Below are positions 8,841 through 18,049 of a stretch of 64,000 bases of DNA, in pieces. The notes beneath the pieces were generated by a model that searched no databases, had not been told where the DNA came from, and saw only the letters and a list, made by a program, of their open reading frames with translations. How positions within the stretch are numbered: position 1 is the stretch's first letter; the number at the start of each line of letters is the position of its first letter. The stretch comes from an uncultured Candidatus Binatia bacterium (GTDB lineage Bacteria; Desulfobacterota; Binatia; HRBIN30). Made by a program: the position numbers and the translations under genes. The stretch spans positions 27,202 through 91,201 of the forward strand of contig CAZHQG010000007.1 in assembly GCA_964534275.1 (NCBI GenBank), given 5' to 3'.

Positions 8841-10883
8841 CTACCGACCGGAATCCGGAAGAATGACGGTGAACTCGGATCCCTCTCCTACAGTACTGTT
8901 CACCGTGATTTCACCGCCGAGCATCTCGACGAGGCGACGGACGATAAAGAGGCCGAGCCCCACGCCAGACTGCGAGCCGTGCGACACGGACGCTTGCTTG
9001 TACGGTTCGAAGATGTGCGGGAGAGCTTCCTGAGGGATGCCGATGCCTGTGTCGCGAACTTTGCAGACAAGGTGGTTTCCACGCGAGAACATCTGCACAC
9101 GCACTTCCCCGCGCTCAGTAAATTTGATGGCATTCCCGACCAGGTTTTTGAGGATTACGTGAAGTTTGTCGGGGTCGGTGTTCCAGATCAGACCCTCGTC
9201 TGCAATGTCGAAGGTTAGGTCGAGCCCTTTGGCTTCTCGTTGGTCGCGCAGTTCCTGTGCGACGGTGCGCGCCAGGTGAGCGACCGGCGTGGCCACCACT
9301 TTTACGGCAAGCGTGCCGGCCTCGATGCGATTGAGGTCCAGCGTATTTGCAATGAGATCGAAAAGTTCTCGGGCGCGCAGCCGTACTCGGCGCAACGTGT
9401 GGTCTTGCTCTTCGTTGAGGGGACCGAAGGTTCCGTCGAGAAGCAAGTCGGAGTAACCCAAGATCACGTTAAGCGGGGTGCGCAGTTCGTGCGACATCGC
9501 GGCGACGAATTCCGACTTGGTTCGGTTCGCCTCCTCCAGTGCGCGAAGCGCGAGGACATGGTCGAGGGCGAGCGTCGTGAGTTGTGCGATTCCGTCCAGC
9601 AAGCGGAGTTGGGCTGGCTTGAAATGCCGCCTATTGCGATAACCGCTGCAGTGAAATCCAATTACGGCTCCGGCTTTGCGGAGCGCGGCCAGATAACGGG
9701 GCGCGGCATGCTCGCGCGGCAAAGGTGGGAGCGGGACCGGGAGAGACGGCACGTCCCAGGGCAGAAGTAAATGACCCTGCGCGCTCAGTCGCTCGCGCCA
9801 TTCCACGGACAGGGGAGGATTCAGCCACAGGGCTTCCATGACGTGGCGTTCGTCCCGAGTTTCACCGTAGCCACCGGCGAGCGTAAAGCGGCTTGTCTCT
9901 TCGTCCCACAGCCAAATGTGACTGAAATCGCAGCCGGCCTCTTCGCAAGTCAGGCGGCAGAACGCATCGAGAGGCTGGGAGTCGCCGATGACCGACAGCG
10001 CTTCGCGCCCAAACCGTGCCAGCGACTCGGCAAGTCGCGCTTGTTCCCGCTCAGCTTGCAACGCTTCGTCGGCCTCCACGGCAATGGCGATTTGTCTACC
10101 CACAGCGCTGAGGATTTCGACCTCGGAAAAGCCGAACGGCTGTCCCGAGTGGCTACGAGCGGCGCAAAGCACGCCAAAGTGGCGGCGCTGTGCTTGCAGG
10201 GGTACGGCCACGTAAGCAGAGATCCCCAACTGTTCACACAGCTCTTGGGGTAGATAAGGCTGCTGCGTGATGTCGTTGGCTACGAGCACTTCTCCCCGAG
10301 CCACACGGCCGCCAAAAGGCTGCCCCGGGGGAAAGGCCATGCTTTGCAGCTGGGCGATGGCGGCGGGTGCGAGCCCAAACTGCGCCTGCAGTGTGTAGGC
10401 CTGGCGCTCTTCTTCAAATACGAAGGTGGCGAGCTTTTCGCACGGGAGCAAACGCGCGATGAGTTCGAGCACATCCGCGATCACCGCGGAAGGATTGCGA
10501 GCGGTGGTAATTAAGCGCACCGCGTCGAGAAGCAGTCGCGTCGCCGGCGGGAACCTTGAATCCGGTGGCGTCGTGTCGAGCACAACGCTCATGAACCGGG
10601 AGTCAACAGCTGTTTCGCTCACAAGGGCCTTGATCTGTACAGTTTCCCAACGGTTCGCCGAGTTCCGGACCTGTATTTGCGCAGCGTTGCCCGTCCGTAG
10701 ACACTCTCGCACGGTCTGGCGGTCGCCCTTGTGCACAAAGCGAAGAGCTTGCTTACCAAGCAGGGCCTCCGGCAAATGACCGAGGAAAGATTCGTGGTCG
10801 GCGTACGCGGCTCGGATCCGGCCTGAACGGCTGACAAGCAAGACTAAGCTCCGCGATGTGGCGGTGGGCTCGGTACCATTCAT
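8841..10883 (-). CDS. Sensor histidine kinase (PAS-GAF-GAF-HisKA-HATPase)
   Basis: FVAAMSHELRTPLN H-box, NLVGNAIKFT N-box, DTGIGI and GVGLGL G-boxes; two GAF-like segments; N-terminal PAS-like FVHKGDR. Confidence 0.92.
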   Translation of the reverse strand: MNGTEPTATSRSLVLLVSRSGRIRAAYADHESFLGHLPEALLGKQALRFVHKGDRQTVRECLRTGNAAQIQVRNSANRWETVQIKALVSETAVDSRFMSVVLDTTPPDSRFPPATRLLLDAVRLITTARNPSAVIADVLELIARLLPCEKLATFVFEEERQAYTLQAQFGLAPAAIAQLQSMAFPPGQPFGGRVARGEVLVANDITQQPYLPQELCEQLGISAYVAVPLQAQRRHFGVLCAARSHSGQPFGFSEVEILSAVGRQIAIAVEADEALQAEREQARLAESLARFGREALSVIGDSQPLDAFCRLTCEEAGCDFSHIWLWDEETSRFTLAGGYGETRDERHVMEALWLNPPLSVEWRERLSAQGHLLLPWDVPSLPVPLPPLPREHAAPRYLAALRKAGAVIGFHCSGYRNRRHFKPAQLRLLDGIAQLTTLALDHVLALRALEEANRTKSEFVAAMSHELRTPLNVILGYSDLLLDGTFGPLNEEQDHTLRRVRLRARELFDLIANTLDLNRIEAGTLAVKVVATPVAHLARTVAQELRDQREAKGLDLTFDIADEGLIWNTDPDKLHVILKNLVGNAIKFTERGEVRVQMFSRGNHLVCKVRDTGIGIPQEALPHIFEPYKQASVSHGSQSGVGLGLFIVRRLVEMLGGEITVNSTVGEGSEFTVILPDSGR

Positions 10884-11035
10884 GTCGTGGCGATCGGTTT
10901 TAGGAAGGCGGATTGTGAGTTCAAGCGAATCATTGGTGCCAAGGCGGCACGCATGATGGCATGTTCACTTTTGCCGAGCAAACAAAAAGTGTCGTTGACT
11001 GCCATTCGGATCCCCTGCAAACGGAGATCTTGAGC

Positions 11036-11542
11036 ATGGAGGTTTGGGTCGGAGCGGCTCTTGCAGTGGGCACCGGGATGTGTGCAGCCGTTTTGTTGCT
11101 GTTTGGCTTGCCCGGGACCTGGCTTCTTTGGCTGGTCGCAACCGTGTTCGCTTGGTGGACCGACTTTCGTTGGGTTGGCGTCGAGACGGTGGGAGCGTTG
11201 TTAGTGCTCGCGACTCTTGGCGAAGTTCTGGAGTTTTGGCTTGGAGCTTCAGCAGCGCGCCGTGTGCGCCCATCGTGGAAAGTAACTGCCGGCGCGTTAC
11301 TGGGTGGGTTTGTGGGTGCCTTGGCTGGCGCGCCAGTGTTGTTCGGGTTGGGTGCGTTAGTTGGGAGTTTGCTCGGGACGTTCCTAGGGGCCGCGGCAGC
11401 CGCTGGCCTCGAGGGGGCTCATCTGCGTGAAGTGCTCTTGATCGGCAGGGAGGCCATGCGAGGCCGATGGCGTGGGTTTCTGGCCAAGCTGGCGGTGGTC
11501 TTTGCGATGTCGGCTTTGTTGTTGTTCGCGACGGTGTTTTAA
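11036..11542 (+). CDS. DUF456-like membrane protein
   Basis: Hydrophobic protein with LPGTWL, GALLGGFVG, GSLLGTFLGA. Confidence 0.7.
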   Translation: MEVWVGAALAVGTGMCAAVLLLFGLPGTWLLWLVATVFAWWTDFRWVGVETVGALLVLATLGEVLEFWLGASAARRVRPSWKVTAGALLGGFVGALAGAPVLFGLGALVGSLLGTFLGAAAAAGLEGAHLREVLLIGREAMRGRWRGFLAKLAVVFAMSALLLFATVF

Positions 11543-11568
11543 GGCAGCGAGGTTCGCTGGAGGGAGGA

Positions 11569-12606
11569 ATGCGAGCGGTCGTTTGGCGAGGTCCCGAGAA
11601 TGTCCAAGTCGAGACTGTTCCTGATCCGGAAGTATTAGAGCCACATACCGCTCTGGTGCGCGTGGCGGCCGCTTCGATTTGTGGCTCGGACCTGCACTTG
11701 TATCACGCCACGGTACCAGTGCTGCCGGGTACGATCTTGGGCCACGAAGCGGTGGGAACGGTCGTGAGCGTCGGTAGCCAGGTGGAACGTGTACGGCCGG
11801 GGGATCGCGTGCTCGTGCCAGCTGTTGTGGGTTGCGGGGACTGTCCCTCTTGCCGGCACGGCTACCCGGTTGGATGCGAGAGCTTGCCCGTGAGGGTGCT
11901 CGGTGTGTCTCCGTTACTTGCAGGCGTTCAAGCCGAGTATGTCGCGGTGCCGTACGCGGACTACAACCTGTGGACCCTTCCCCCCGAGGTGGAGGACCAC
12001 GACGCGCTTATGCTTGCGGACATTTTTCCCACGGGCTTCTTTGCGGCGGAGAACGCGGGCGTGCAGCCAGGCCAGGTGGTGGTCGTGCTTGGTTGCGGGC
12101 CCGTGGGATTATGCGCGATCCAATGCGTTCAATTGTTTTCTCCGGCGGGAGTTGTGGCGGTGGACCCAGTTGCCGAGCGATTGGAGGTCGCTGCGAGCTT
12201 TGGCGCCACCGTGTTATCCGTGGCCGACGACGTTGCCGGGCACGTACGCCGACTCACGCGCGGGCAGGGTGCCGACGCAGTGATCGAGGCCGTAGGCAGC
12301 GAAGAGACCTTGCGACTGGCGTTCGACCTGGTTCGGACAGGGGGCAGGGTCTCGATGGTGGGCGTGCTAGTTCGAGAGGATGTGCCTTTTCCTCTCGCAA
12401 CCGCTTTCCTCAAGGATGTCACGTTGCGTGTTGGTCTGGTGAACGTGCCCCGCTACTTGCCGCAGCTCTTCGCTCTGTTGCGCCGCGGCAAATTAAATCC
12501 CAAACGCCTCCTGACACACACGTTTCCACTCTCCGAGGCCCCTGCGGCGTACAAAACGTTCGACCGTAAAGCCGATGGATGCCTCAAGGTGTGCCTGGAA
12601 CCTTGA
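11569..12606 (+). CDS. Zinc-dependent alcohol dehydrogenase (MDR family, formaldehyde dehydrogenase-like)
   Basis: ICGSDLH, GHEAVG, CGDCPSCRHGYPVGC structural Zn site, GCGPVG Rossmann motif; RBS GGAGG. Confidence 0.92.
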   Translation: MRAVVWRGPENVQVETVPDPEVLEPHTALVRVAAASICGSDLHLYHATVPVLPGTILGHEAVGTVVSVGSQVERVRPGDRVLVPAVVGCGDCPSCRHGYPVGCESLPVRVLGVSPLLAGVQAEYVAVPYADYNLWTLPPEVEDHDALMLADIFPTGFFAAENAGVQPGQVVVVLGCGPVGLCAIQCVQLFSPAGVVAVDPVAERLEVAASFGATVLSVADDVAGHVRRLTRGQGADAVIEAVGSEETLRLAFDLVRTGGRVSMVGVLVREDVPFPLATAFLKDVTLRVGLVNVPRYLPQLFALLRRGKLNPKRLLTHTFPLSEAPAAYKTFDRKADGCLKVCLEP

Positions 12607-12628
12607 GGATTCTCTGGCGCCCCGAGGG

Positions 12629-12967
12629 TTACCAGCGATAACGCACGACGACGCCAAAGTCGCCCGGCGCAAAGAGTTCCATTTGGAAACCCCTCCGCTG
12701 CGGGCGTGGAACGTTCGAGTTTTCGTCCAGATGGCTTTGGAGCAACATTTCCCGCGCGAGCAGCCCAAGTGGTTTCTGAACGAACGTCTCTACGGGAAGA
12801 CCGCGTGGATCGTCGCCCACGGTGCGCATTTCCCGGTTGGATACCGACACTTGCGCACACACCGGATACGCGAGCCACGCCGTCAGCATCATCGACCCAG
12901 CAAGCAAAGCTTTCGTACGATAACGTCGAGAATTTGAGCTTTTCGCGCGACCGCACCGCAACCGCAT
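12629..12967 (-). CDS. Hypothetical secreted protein
   Basis: Basic N-region, hydrophobic ALLAGSMMLTAWLAYPVCA signal-like segment, C-terminal FGVVVRYRW; start uncertain. Confidence 0.45.
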   Translation of the reverse strand: MRLRCGRAKSSNSRRYRTKALLAGSMMLTAWLAYPVCAQVSVSNREMRTVGDDPRGLPVETFVQKPLGLLAREMLLQSHLDENSNVPRPQRRGFQMELFAPGDFGVVVRYRW

Positions 12968-13210
12968 AACGTTGGCCCAGGTAGTATTTTTTTGCCCCTG
13001 TTCGCTCTGGAACGCAAGGGGATTTTCATGCTGCGCCGCCAATGGTTGCGACTCGAGACGCCACCCGCGCGACAACCATCCTGTGCGTTCCAAGTTGCGA
13101 TGCCGGGTGCCGATCGAACAACGCGATGCCCGGCCAACACGGGTGAGATACCGCTTGTACTCTACGCTCGTTCCGGCCAAGCTTTGACCAGCGTGACGCC
13201 ACAGGGCGCT

Positions 13211-13630
13211 TCATCCCGGGGGGATCTCGCGGGCGAGGTCGAGAATGCCCAACCAGATCTCCGGTGGTACGGGCAAAACGGACAACCGCGGTAGACGCAC
13301 GAGTTCCCAGCGTGCCCACCGAGGATTCTGTTTGATCGCGGCTAAGGTGACCGGGCGTGGAAGCAGTTCGACCGGTTCCACGTCGACGACCACAAGGCGA
13401 GGATTCCTTGCCTGGGGATCCGGATACGCTTCGCGCACGCAGCGGGCGATACCGACTACCGCCTTCTCGGCTCCGGTGTGGTAGATGAAGATCGAGTCGT
13501 CCGCCCGAACTTGTCGTAGGAAGCTAAGTGCTTGCGGGTTTGTGACCCCGTCCCATACCGTGGATCGGTCGCGGAGCAAATCGGAAAACGAGTATGTGCT
13601 CGGTTCCGTTTTGAACAACCAGTGGGCCAT
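13211..13630 (-). CDS. EVE domain protein
   Basis: MAHWLFKTEP.TYS..DL....TVWDGV.N.QA...YHTG.EKAVVGIA...AYPDP, LVRLPRLSV. Confidence 0.92.
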   Translation of the reverse strand: MAHWLFKTEPSTYSFSDLLRDRSTVWDGVTNPQALSFLRQVRADDSIFIYHTGAEKAVVGIARCVREAYPDPQARNPRLVVVDVEPVELLPRPVTLAAIKQNPRWARWELVRLPRLSVLPVPPEIWLGILDLAREIPPG

Positions 13631-13637
13631 TGCCGTT

Positions 13638-14363
13638 TCAGTTGTCTGCAGCCGGCACTCCGTACCGCTCCTCTAGGTAGGCGACGATCTCGTCCGATTC
13701 GTACATGGCGGTGCCTGTGTTGGGATCCACCAGAAAAGGAACCTGAACTTTTCCTCCACGTTGGGCGAGTTCCTCCCGTTGCGGGCTGCCCTTGGGCACA
13801 TTTCGCACCGCGTATTGCAAGTCGAGCTCGGAAAGAGCCTCTCGTACCTTCCGGCAGTATGGAGATGCTTCCATGTTGTACAGCTCCAGAGGCTTCAGCC
13901 GCCGGCGGCTGTTGGGCACCCGACAGCGGCTCCCGCGGGTCAGGCGCGCTGCACTAGCAGCCAGTGCCAGACCGTCGTTGACAATCCGCGGCAAGGGCAC
14001 GATGCTGCCGTGGCTTCGCCCCAGGCCGTATTGCCGGTACAGGTAGGAAACAATGTCGTCCGACTCGTACATTTCCGTTTCCGTGTTCGGATCGATCAAG
14101 TAGGGCACTTGCACTTTGCCACCGCGCCGTTTCAGTGCACCTCGGCGCGGACTCCCGTGTGCCACCGGCAAACTCAGGTAGTCGAGATCGAGCTCGCACA
14201 AAGCTTCGCGCACTTTGCGGCAGTACGGGCACGCCTCGAACTCGTAGAGCTCGAGCAATTGTGTTGGCCCGTCGCGCTCGCTGCGCGTGACCACCGCGCG
14301 GAACCCGCGCGGATAGCGCAGCGCCGAAGCGACGAAAGAAGTAACGTCGTTGAGCAAACTCAC
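13638..14363 (-). CDS. Tandem glutaredoxin/GST-N domain protein
   Basis: Two homologous halves, LELYEFEACPYCRKVRE and LELYNMEASPYCRKVRE, each followed by GGKVQVP.L.DPNT...MYESD.IV.YL; GTG start after GGAGG. Confidence 0.85.
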   Translation of the reverse strand: MSLLNDVTSFVASALRYPRGFRAVVTRSERDGPTQLLELYEFEACPYCRKVREALCELDLDYLSLPVAHGSPRRGALKRRGGKVQVPYLIDPNTETEMYESDDIVSYLYRQYGLGRSHGSIVPLPRIVNDGLALAASAARLTRGSRCRVPNSRRRLKPLELYNMEASPYCRKVREALSELDLQYAVRNVPKGSPQREELAQRGGKVQVPFLVDPNTGTAMYESDEIVAYLEERYGVPAADN

Positions 14364-14474
14364 CGGAGGCCCCTCCATCCGACCTGGCGCTCTTTCTACT
14401 ACAGGTCGAGCGTGCCACACAAGGAACGTTCTGCACCGTGCCGCTTGCACACGGTAAGATTCTTTAGCAAGCAG

Positions 14475-14918
14475 ATGCCAATGGGCTTGACGTTGACCCA
14501 CATTGGACTTTGCGTGGCGGATTTAAGTCGGGCGCGCCGCTTCTATTGCGACGGTTTGGGGTTTTCCGAGGTGTCGAAAATCGAAGTCGCGGGCGAACCG
14601 GCAGCGACCCTGTTGGAGTTAGCGGAAGTGGACCTGGAGGCAGTATACCTCGAGCGCGACGGTTTCCGCTTGGAACTGTTGCACTATCGGACCCCCGGGG
14701 TTGTGGCGACAGCCGTGCCTCGGCCGATGAATGCGCCAGGCCTTACCCACCTTTCGTTTCGTGTGGACGATGTGGATGCGACGGCTGAACGGCTGTGTTT
14801 GCTTGGGGGTACGCTTCTGCGAGGGACTCGGATTGAGTTGCCTGGATTGGGGGCCGTGGCGGCCTTCGTGGTGGACCCAGATGGGACCCGGATCGAGTTG
14901 GTTCGCTTGCCGTCTTAG
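14475..14918 (+). CDS. VOC/glyoxalase family protein
   Basis: THIGLCVADL...FYCDGLGF, LELL, GLTHLSFRVDD, DPDGTRIEL. Confidence 0.88.
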   Translation: MPMGLTLTHIGLCVADLSRARRFYCDGLGFSEVSKIEVAGEPAATLLELAEVDLEAVYLERDGFRLELLHYRTPGVVATAVPRPMNAPGLTHLSFRVDDVDATAERLCLLGGTLLRGTRIELPGLGAVAAFVVDPDGTRIELVRLPS

Positions 14919-15005
14919 AATCGGGCGACCGCCAAGGTGTCGGGGCAAAGGGCTGAGCTGGCGCTCGCAGCATCGCAGTGATGCGAGGAGTTTTGACTTC
15001 ACCCC

Positions 15006-15033
15006 TTGACAGTGGTTTGTTCGGCACTATCAA
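15006..15033 (+). promoter_or_regulatory. Candidate sigma70 promoter of the OmpA-family gene
   Basis: TTGACA at 15006-15011, 16-bp spacer, TATCAA. Confidence 0.3.
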
Positions 15034-15123
15034 GCCCACACCGCGTTTTTTGGCCATTAGCCATGGAAGCGCACAAAGGTGGAATGCGGGTGGGACCCGC
15101 CAGAGCACAAGAGGAGGAGCACG

Positions 15124-16155
15124 ATGAAACGAAAACGCTGGCAGCTTAGGCGCGCAGTGCCTGTCGTGGCAGGATTGGTCGCGCTGTGGAGCGCCCCAAT
15201 GACCGGTTTTGCGGAAGGAGGGCCGTTTGTCGGCTTGGAACTCGGGGCCTCGGTGCCGACCAACAGCAATTACCGAGCCCATGCAGAGGCTGGCATCATG
15301 GGTGGCCCGTTCGTCGGGTACATGTGGAACGATTACTTGGGCCTGCAGGGAAACCTTTCGGTCACGGCCCAGGAGCCCGACAACTTCCCGCGCCGCGGCT
15401 TCCGCAAGGAAAATCAGTGGACCACGTTGATGGGCTATACGGTGGGCCCACGGGCACAGATCCCCTTTGGAGAAAACCTGGAATTCTACGCTACCGTTCA
15501 GGGTGGCGGCTTTACCGGCCTCAGTGGGCGGCTGACACAAACCTCGCCGGGTTTCCTGGCTGGGGGAGGTGTCGACTACTACCTCACCGACAACGTGTCG
15601 GTAGGAGTGTTTGGCCGGTGGAACCGAGCATACCAAGCTCCCCGGCCAACGTTCTTGGTTGGTTTGGCTGCGGAGGACCAAGGGCCTTCCGACGCACGCT
15701 GGGCAGTAGGCGGCATCTCGATGAAGTACCGATTTGGAACTCCTGCTGCACCTCCTCCGCCCCCACCGCCGCCACCGCCAGTGGCCCAAGCGCCGCCTCC
15801 GCCACCTCCACCGGCAAAGAAGAAAATCGTGCTGCGAGGAGTGAACTTCGATTTCGACAAGGCCACAATTCGGCCCGACGCTGCCCGGATTCTGGACGAA
15901 GCTGTCGCGACACTGAAAGCCGAACCTGACATCGAGGTGCTGATCGTTGGCCACACCGACAGCATCGGCTCGGAAGCGTACAACTTGCGGCTGTCGCAAC
16001 GCCGCGCACAAGCGGTACGCGACTACTTGGTGAAGCACGGCATTTCTGCGGCCCGGCTGAAGGTCAAAGGCATGGGCGAGTCGCAGCCAGTAGCGAGCAA
16101 CGACACAGCAGAGGGGCGCGCCCAAAACCGGCGTGTGGAGCTGCTGGTAGAATAG
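15124..16155 (+). CDS. OmpA family outer-membrane protein (beta-barrel, Pro-rich linker, OmpA C-terminal domain)
   Basis: Signal peptide, alternating beta-strands, PPPPPPPPPP linker, VNFDFDKATI, GHTDSIGSEAYNLRLSQRRA, RAQNRRVE; RBS GAGGAGG. Confidence 0.93.
   Translation: MKRKRWQLRRAVPVVAGLVALWSAPMTGFAEGGPFVGLELGASVPTNSNYRAHAEAGIMGGPFVGYMWNDYLGLQGNLSVTAQEPDNFPRRGFRKENQWTTLMGYTVGPRAQIPFGENLEFYATVQGGGFTGLSGRLTQTSPGFLAGGGVDYYLTDNVSVGVFGRWNRAYQAPRPTFLVGLAAEDQGPSDARWAVGGISMKYRFGTPAAPPPPPPPPPPVAQAPPPPPPPAKKKIVLRGVNFDFDKATIRPDAARILDEAVATLKAEPDIEVLIVGHTDSIGSEAYNLRLSQRRAQAVRDYLVKHGISAARLKVKGMGESQPVASNDTAEGRAQNRRVELLVE
15742..15814 (+). repeat. Low-complexity CCN repeat encoding the poly-proline linker
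   Basis: cctcctccgcccccaccgccgccaccgcca...ccgcctcccgccacctccaccg. Confidence 0.75.
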
Positions 16156-16176
16156 CTGCTGTCTGCTTGTCACGTG

Positions 16177-16216
16177 GAAAGCGGGGTGCCGCCACTACAA
16201 GTGGTACCCCGCTTTC
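16177..16216. terminator. Hairpin between convergent OmpA-family and TMTC-like genes
   Basis: GAAAGCGGGGT...ACCCCGCTTTC 11-bp stem plus inner CCACT/AGTGG pairing. Confidence 0.55.
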
Positions 16217-16220
16217 TGTT

Positions 16221-18017
16221 TCAGGGGGAACCCCGTTCCAGCAGCGCTCGCGCCTGCTCGGCGCGATCGGGTGGCAGCCCAAGCTGGAAGGCCCGCTGGA
16301 AATGCTGGCGGGCGAGGTCCCTTTCCCCCAGCAGGAGTAGCACCTGACCGTATCCCAGGTGCGGATCAGGGTCGTGCGGGCTACTAGCAACGGCCTGCGC
16401 GAACCACCGCTTCGCCTCTAGAAGTTTGGTTCGCCGCTGTTCCTGAGCCACCTCTTCGCTCGAGTGCAGGAACACGACGCCCAAGTTGTAAGCCATGTCC
16501 CCGGAAGGGACGATGTCGTAGGCCTTCTGGTAATGTTCGCGGGCCAGTTCCCATTGGCGCCGATACATCGCAATGGTTCCCAAGTTGCTGTGAATGTTGG
16601 ACAGCCCCGCGGGTGTATTGTGGCGTGTGAGCGCCTGGTGAAGCAGTGTCTCGGCGCGTTCGAGTTCGCCAGCCTGGAGCAACGCCGCCGCCCAGTTGCG
16701 CAAGGGCATCCCGTCGGACTTGGTCTTGCCCGCGGTGTCAGCCCAAAGCCGTAAGTCGTTACGCCAAACCTCGTTGCGCACGAGGGTTGCACTTGCCAGC
16801 GCGGCAAAGGCACAGCCAGCGAAAAGTGTCGCTACCTGCTTTGTGCGCTCGCCTTGCAAACGGGCGCGCAGTCGTGCGAGGCCGTGACCCAGGAACCAAG
16901 CAAACGCGATGGATGGAAGATACAAGTATCGCTCTGCGACCGGAGCGGTGGGAGGCTTCGCAAGAAGCAGAAGGGCTGGTGCCAAGGTGGCCCAGTACCA
17001 GACTACGCAGCAGAGATGGGCGCGGGTAAGGCGACCGCGCGCCGAAAACACGATGGCAAGGCTCGCGAGCGTGGCCAACGTTCCCGTCGCGAAAAACAGA
17101 GGAGATCGAGGAATCTCGTCTACAAACGCGTTTTGCGGAAACGGCCAAAAGAGTTTGGCCGTGTACCAGCCGGCGGACGAGACGAGGGAGTACAGCGGCT
17201 GGGGAGGTATTTGAAACCCAGTGGCCTCGTAGTGTGCGAGGCCTAAATGGCGGAGGATCAGGTACGTGCCTCCGGCAAGAATCGAGGCCACGGTGATCCA
17301 GGCCGTGGAAACGGTACTCCGTGCCGGCTGCCCCTCCTTGGGGCCGTTCGTGGCCCAGGCCCAAAGAGGTGCAAGCAGCAGTGCGCACGCACCCGTCTCT
17401 TTGCTCAATAGGGCGGCAAGCATGAGAGCGCTGGCGGCGACCGTGCGAGCCACTGGGCGAAACCGATCAGAGCCGAGTACGAGGAGTGCGGACAACAAGA
17501 AAACGGCGACCATCGGGTCGGGTCGTGCGGCGATCCAGGCAACCGACTCGGTGTGGATGGGATGTACTGCAAACAGCAGGGCAGCGGCTAGGCTGGCCTG
17601 ATGCGCAGGACCGCACGCTCGCCACACGCTAAGTCCAGTTCGGTAAACGAGGAGCGTCGCAGCGATATGAAGCAGCACCGAGGTAACGTGAAATGCCCAT
17701 GCCGCACCTCCGCCGATCCACGCATCGATGTGGTACGAAAGTAGTTGCAACGGACGGTAATAGTCTGGCGGGAACTGCGGAATCGCCGGCGGAGGCAGAA
17801 ACACCCGGGTCCAAGGTCGCAGCGCGGGAAGCCAGCGATGGATACTGATGGGATCATCCCACACCAGCCCATATCGCAAGGTAGGTGCGTACACTGCGCC
17901 CGAGATGAGCGCGAGTAGAGCGAGCACTTTTGCTCGAAGTGGGGCAGCTGGTGCAGCGTGCGCTGATGTCGGTTCGATCCCCGTTTTGCGGCGACGTGCC
18001 TCCGATCGCGAGGCCAT
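16221..18017 (-). CDS. TMTC-like GT-C membrane glycosyltransferase with C-terminal TPRs
   Basis: LVWDD, YYRPL, FHVTSVLLH, LLFAVHPIHTESVAWIAARPD, ALLSKE, VAERYLYLPS, RNEVWRND, then TPR helices. Confidence 0.85.
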   Translation of the reverse strand: MASRSEARRRKTGIEPTSAHAAPAAPLRAKVLALLALISGAVYAPTLRYGLVWDDPISIHRWLPALRPWTRVFLPPPAIPQFPPDYYRPLQLLSYHIDAWIGGGAAWAFHVTSVLLHIAATLLVYRTGLSVWRACGPAHQASLAAALLFAVHPIHTESVAWIAARPDPMVAVFLLSALLVLGSDRFRPVARTVAASALMLAALLSKETGACALLLAPLWAWATNGPKEGQPARSTVSTAWITVASILAGGTYLILRHLGLAHYEATGFQIPPQPLYSLVSSAGWYTAKLFWPFPQNAFVDEIPRSPLFFATGTLATLASLAIVFSARGRLTRAHLCCVVWYWATLAPALLLLAKPPTAPVAERYLYLPSIAFAWFLGHGLARLRARLQGERTKQVATLFAGCAFAALASATLVRNEVWRNDLRLWADTAGKTKSDGMPLRNWAAALLQAGELERAETLLHQALTRHNTPAGLSNIHSNLGTIAMYRRQWELAREHYQKAYDIVPSGDMAYNLGVVFLHSSEEVAQEQRRTKLLEAKRWFAQAVASSPHDPDPHLGYGQVLLLLGERDLARQHFQRAFQLGLPPDRAEQARALLERGSP

Positions 18018-18049
18018 GCTTGCGCCTTCGGCGGTTGCAAACGCGTGCC

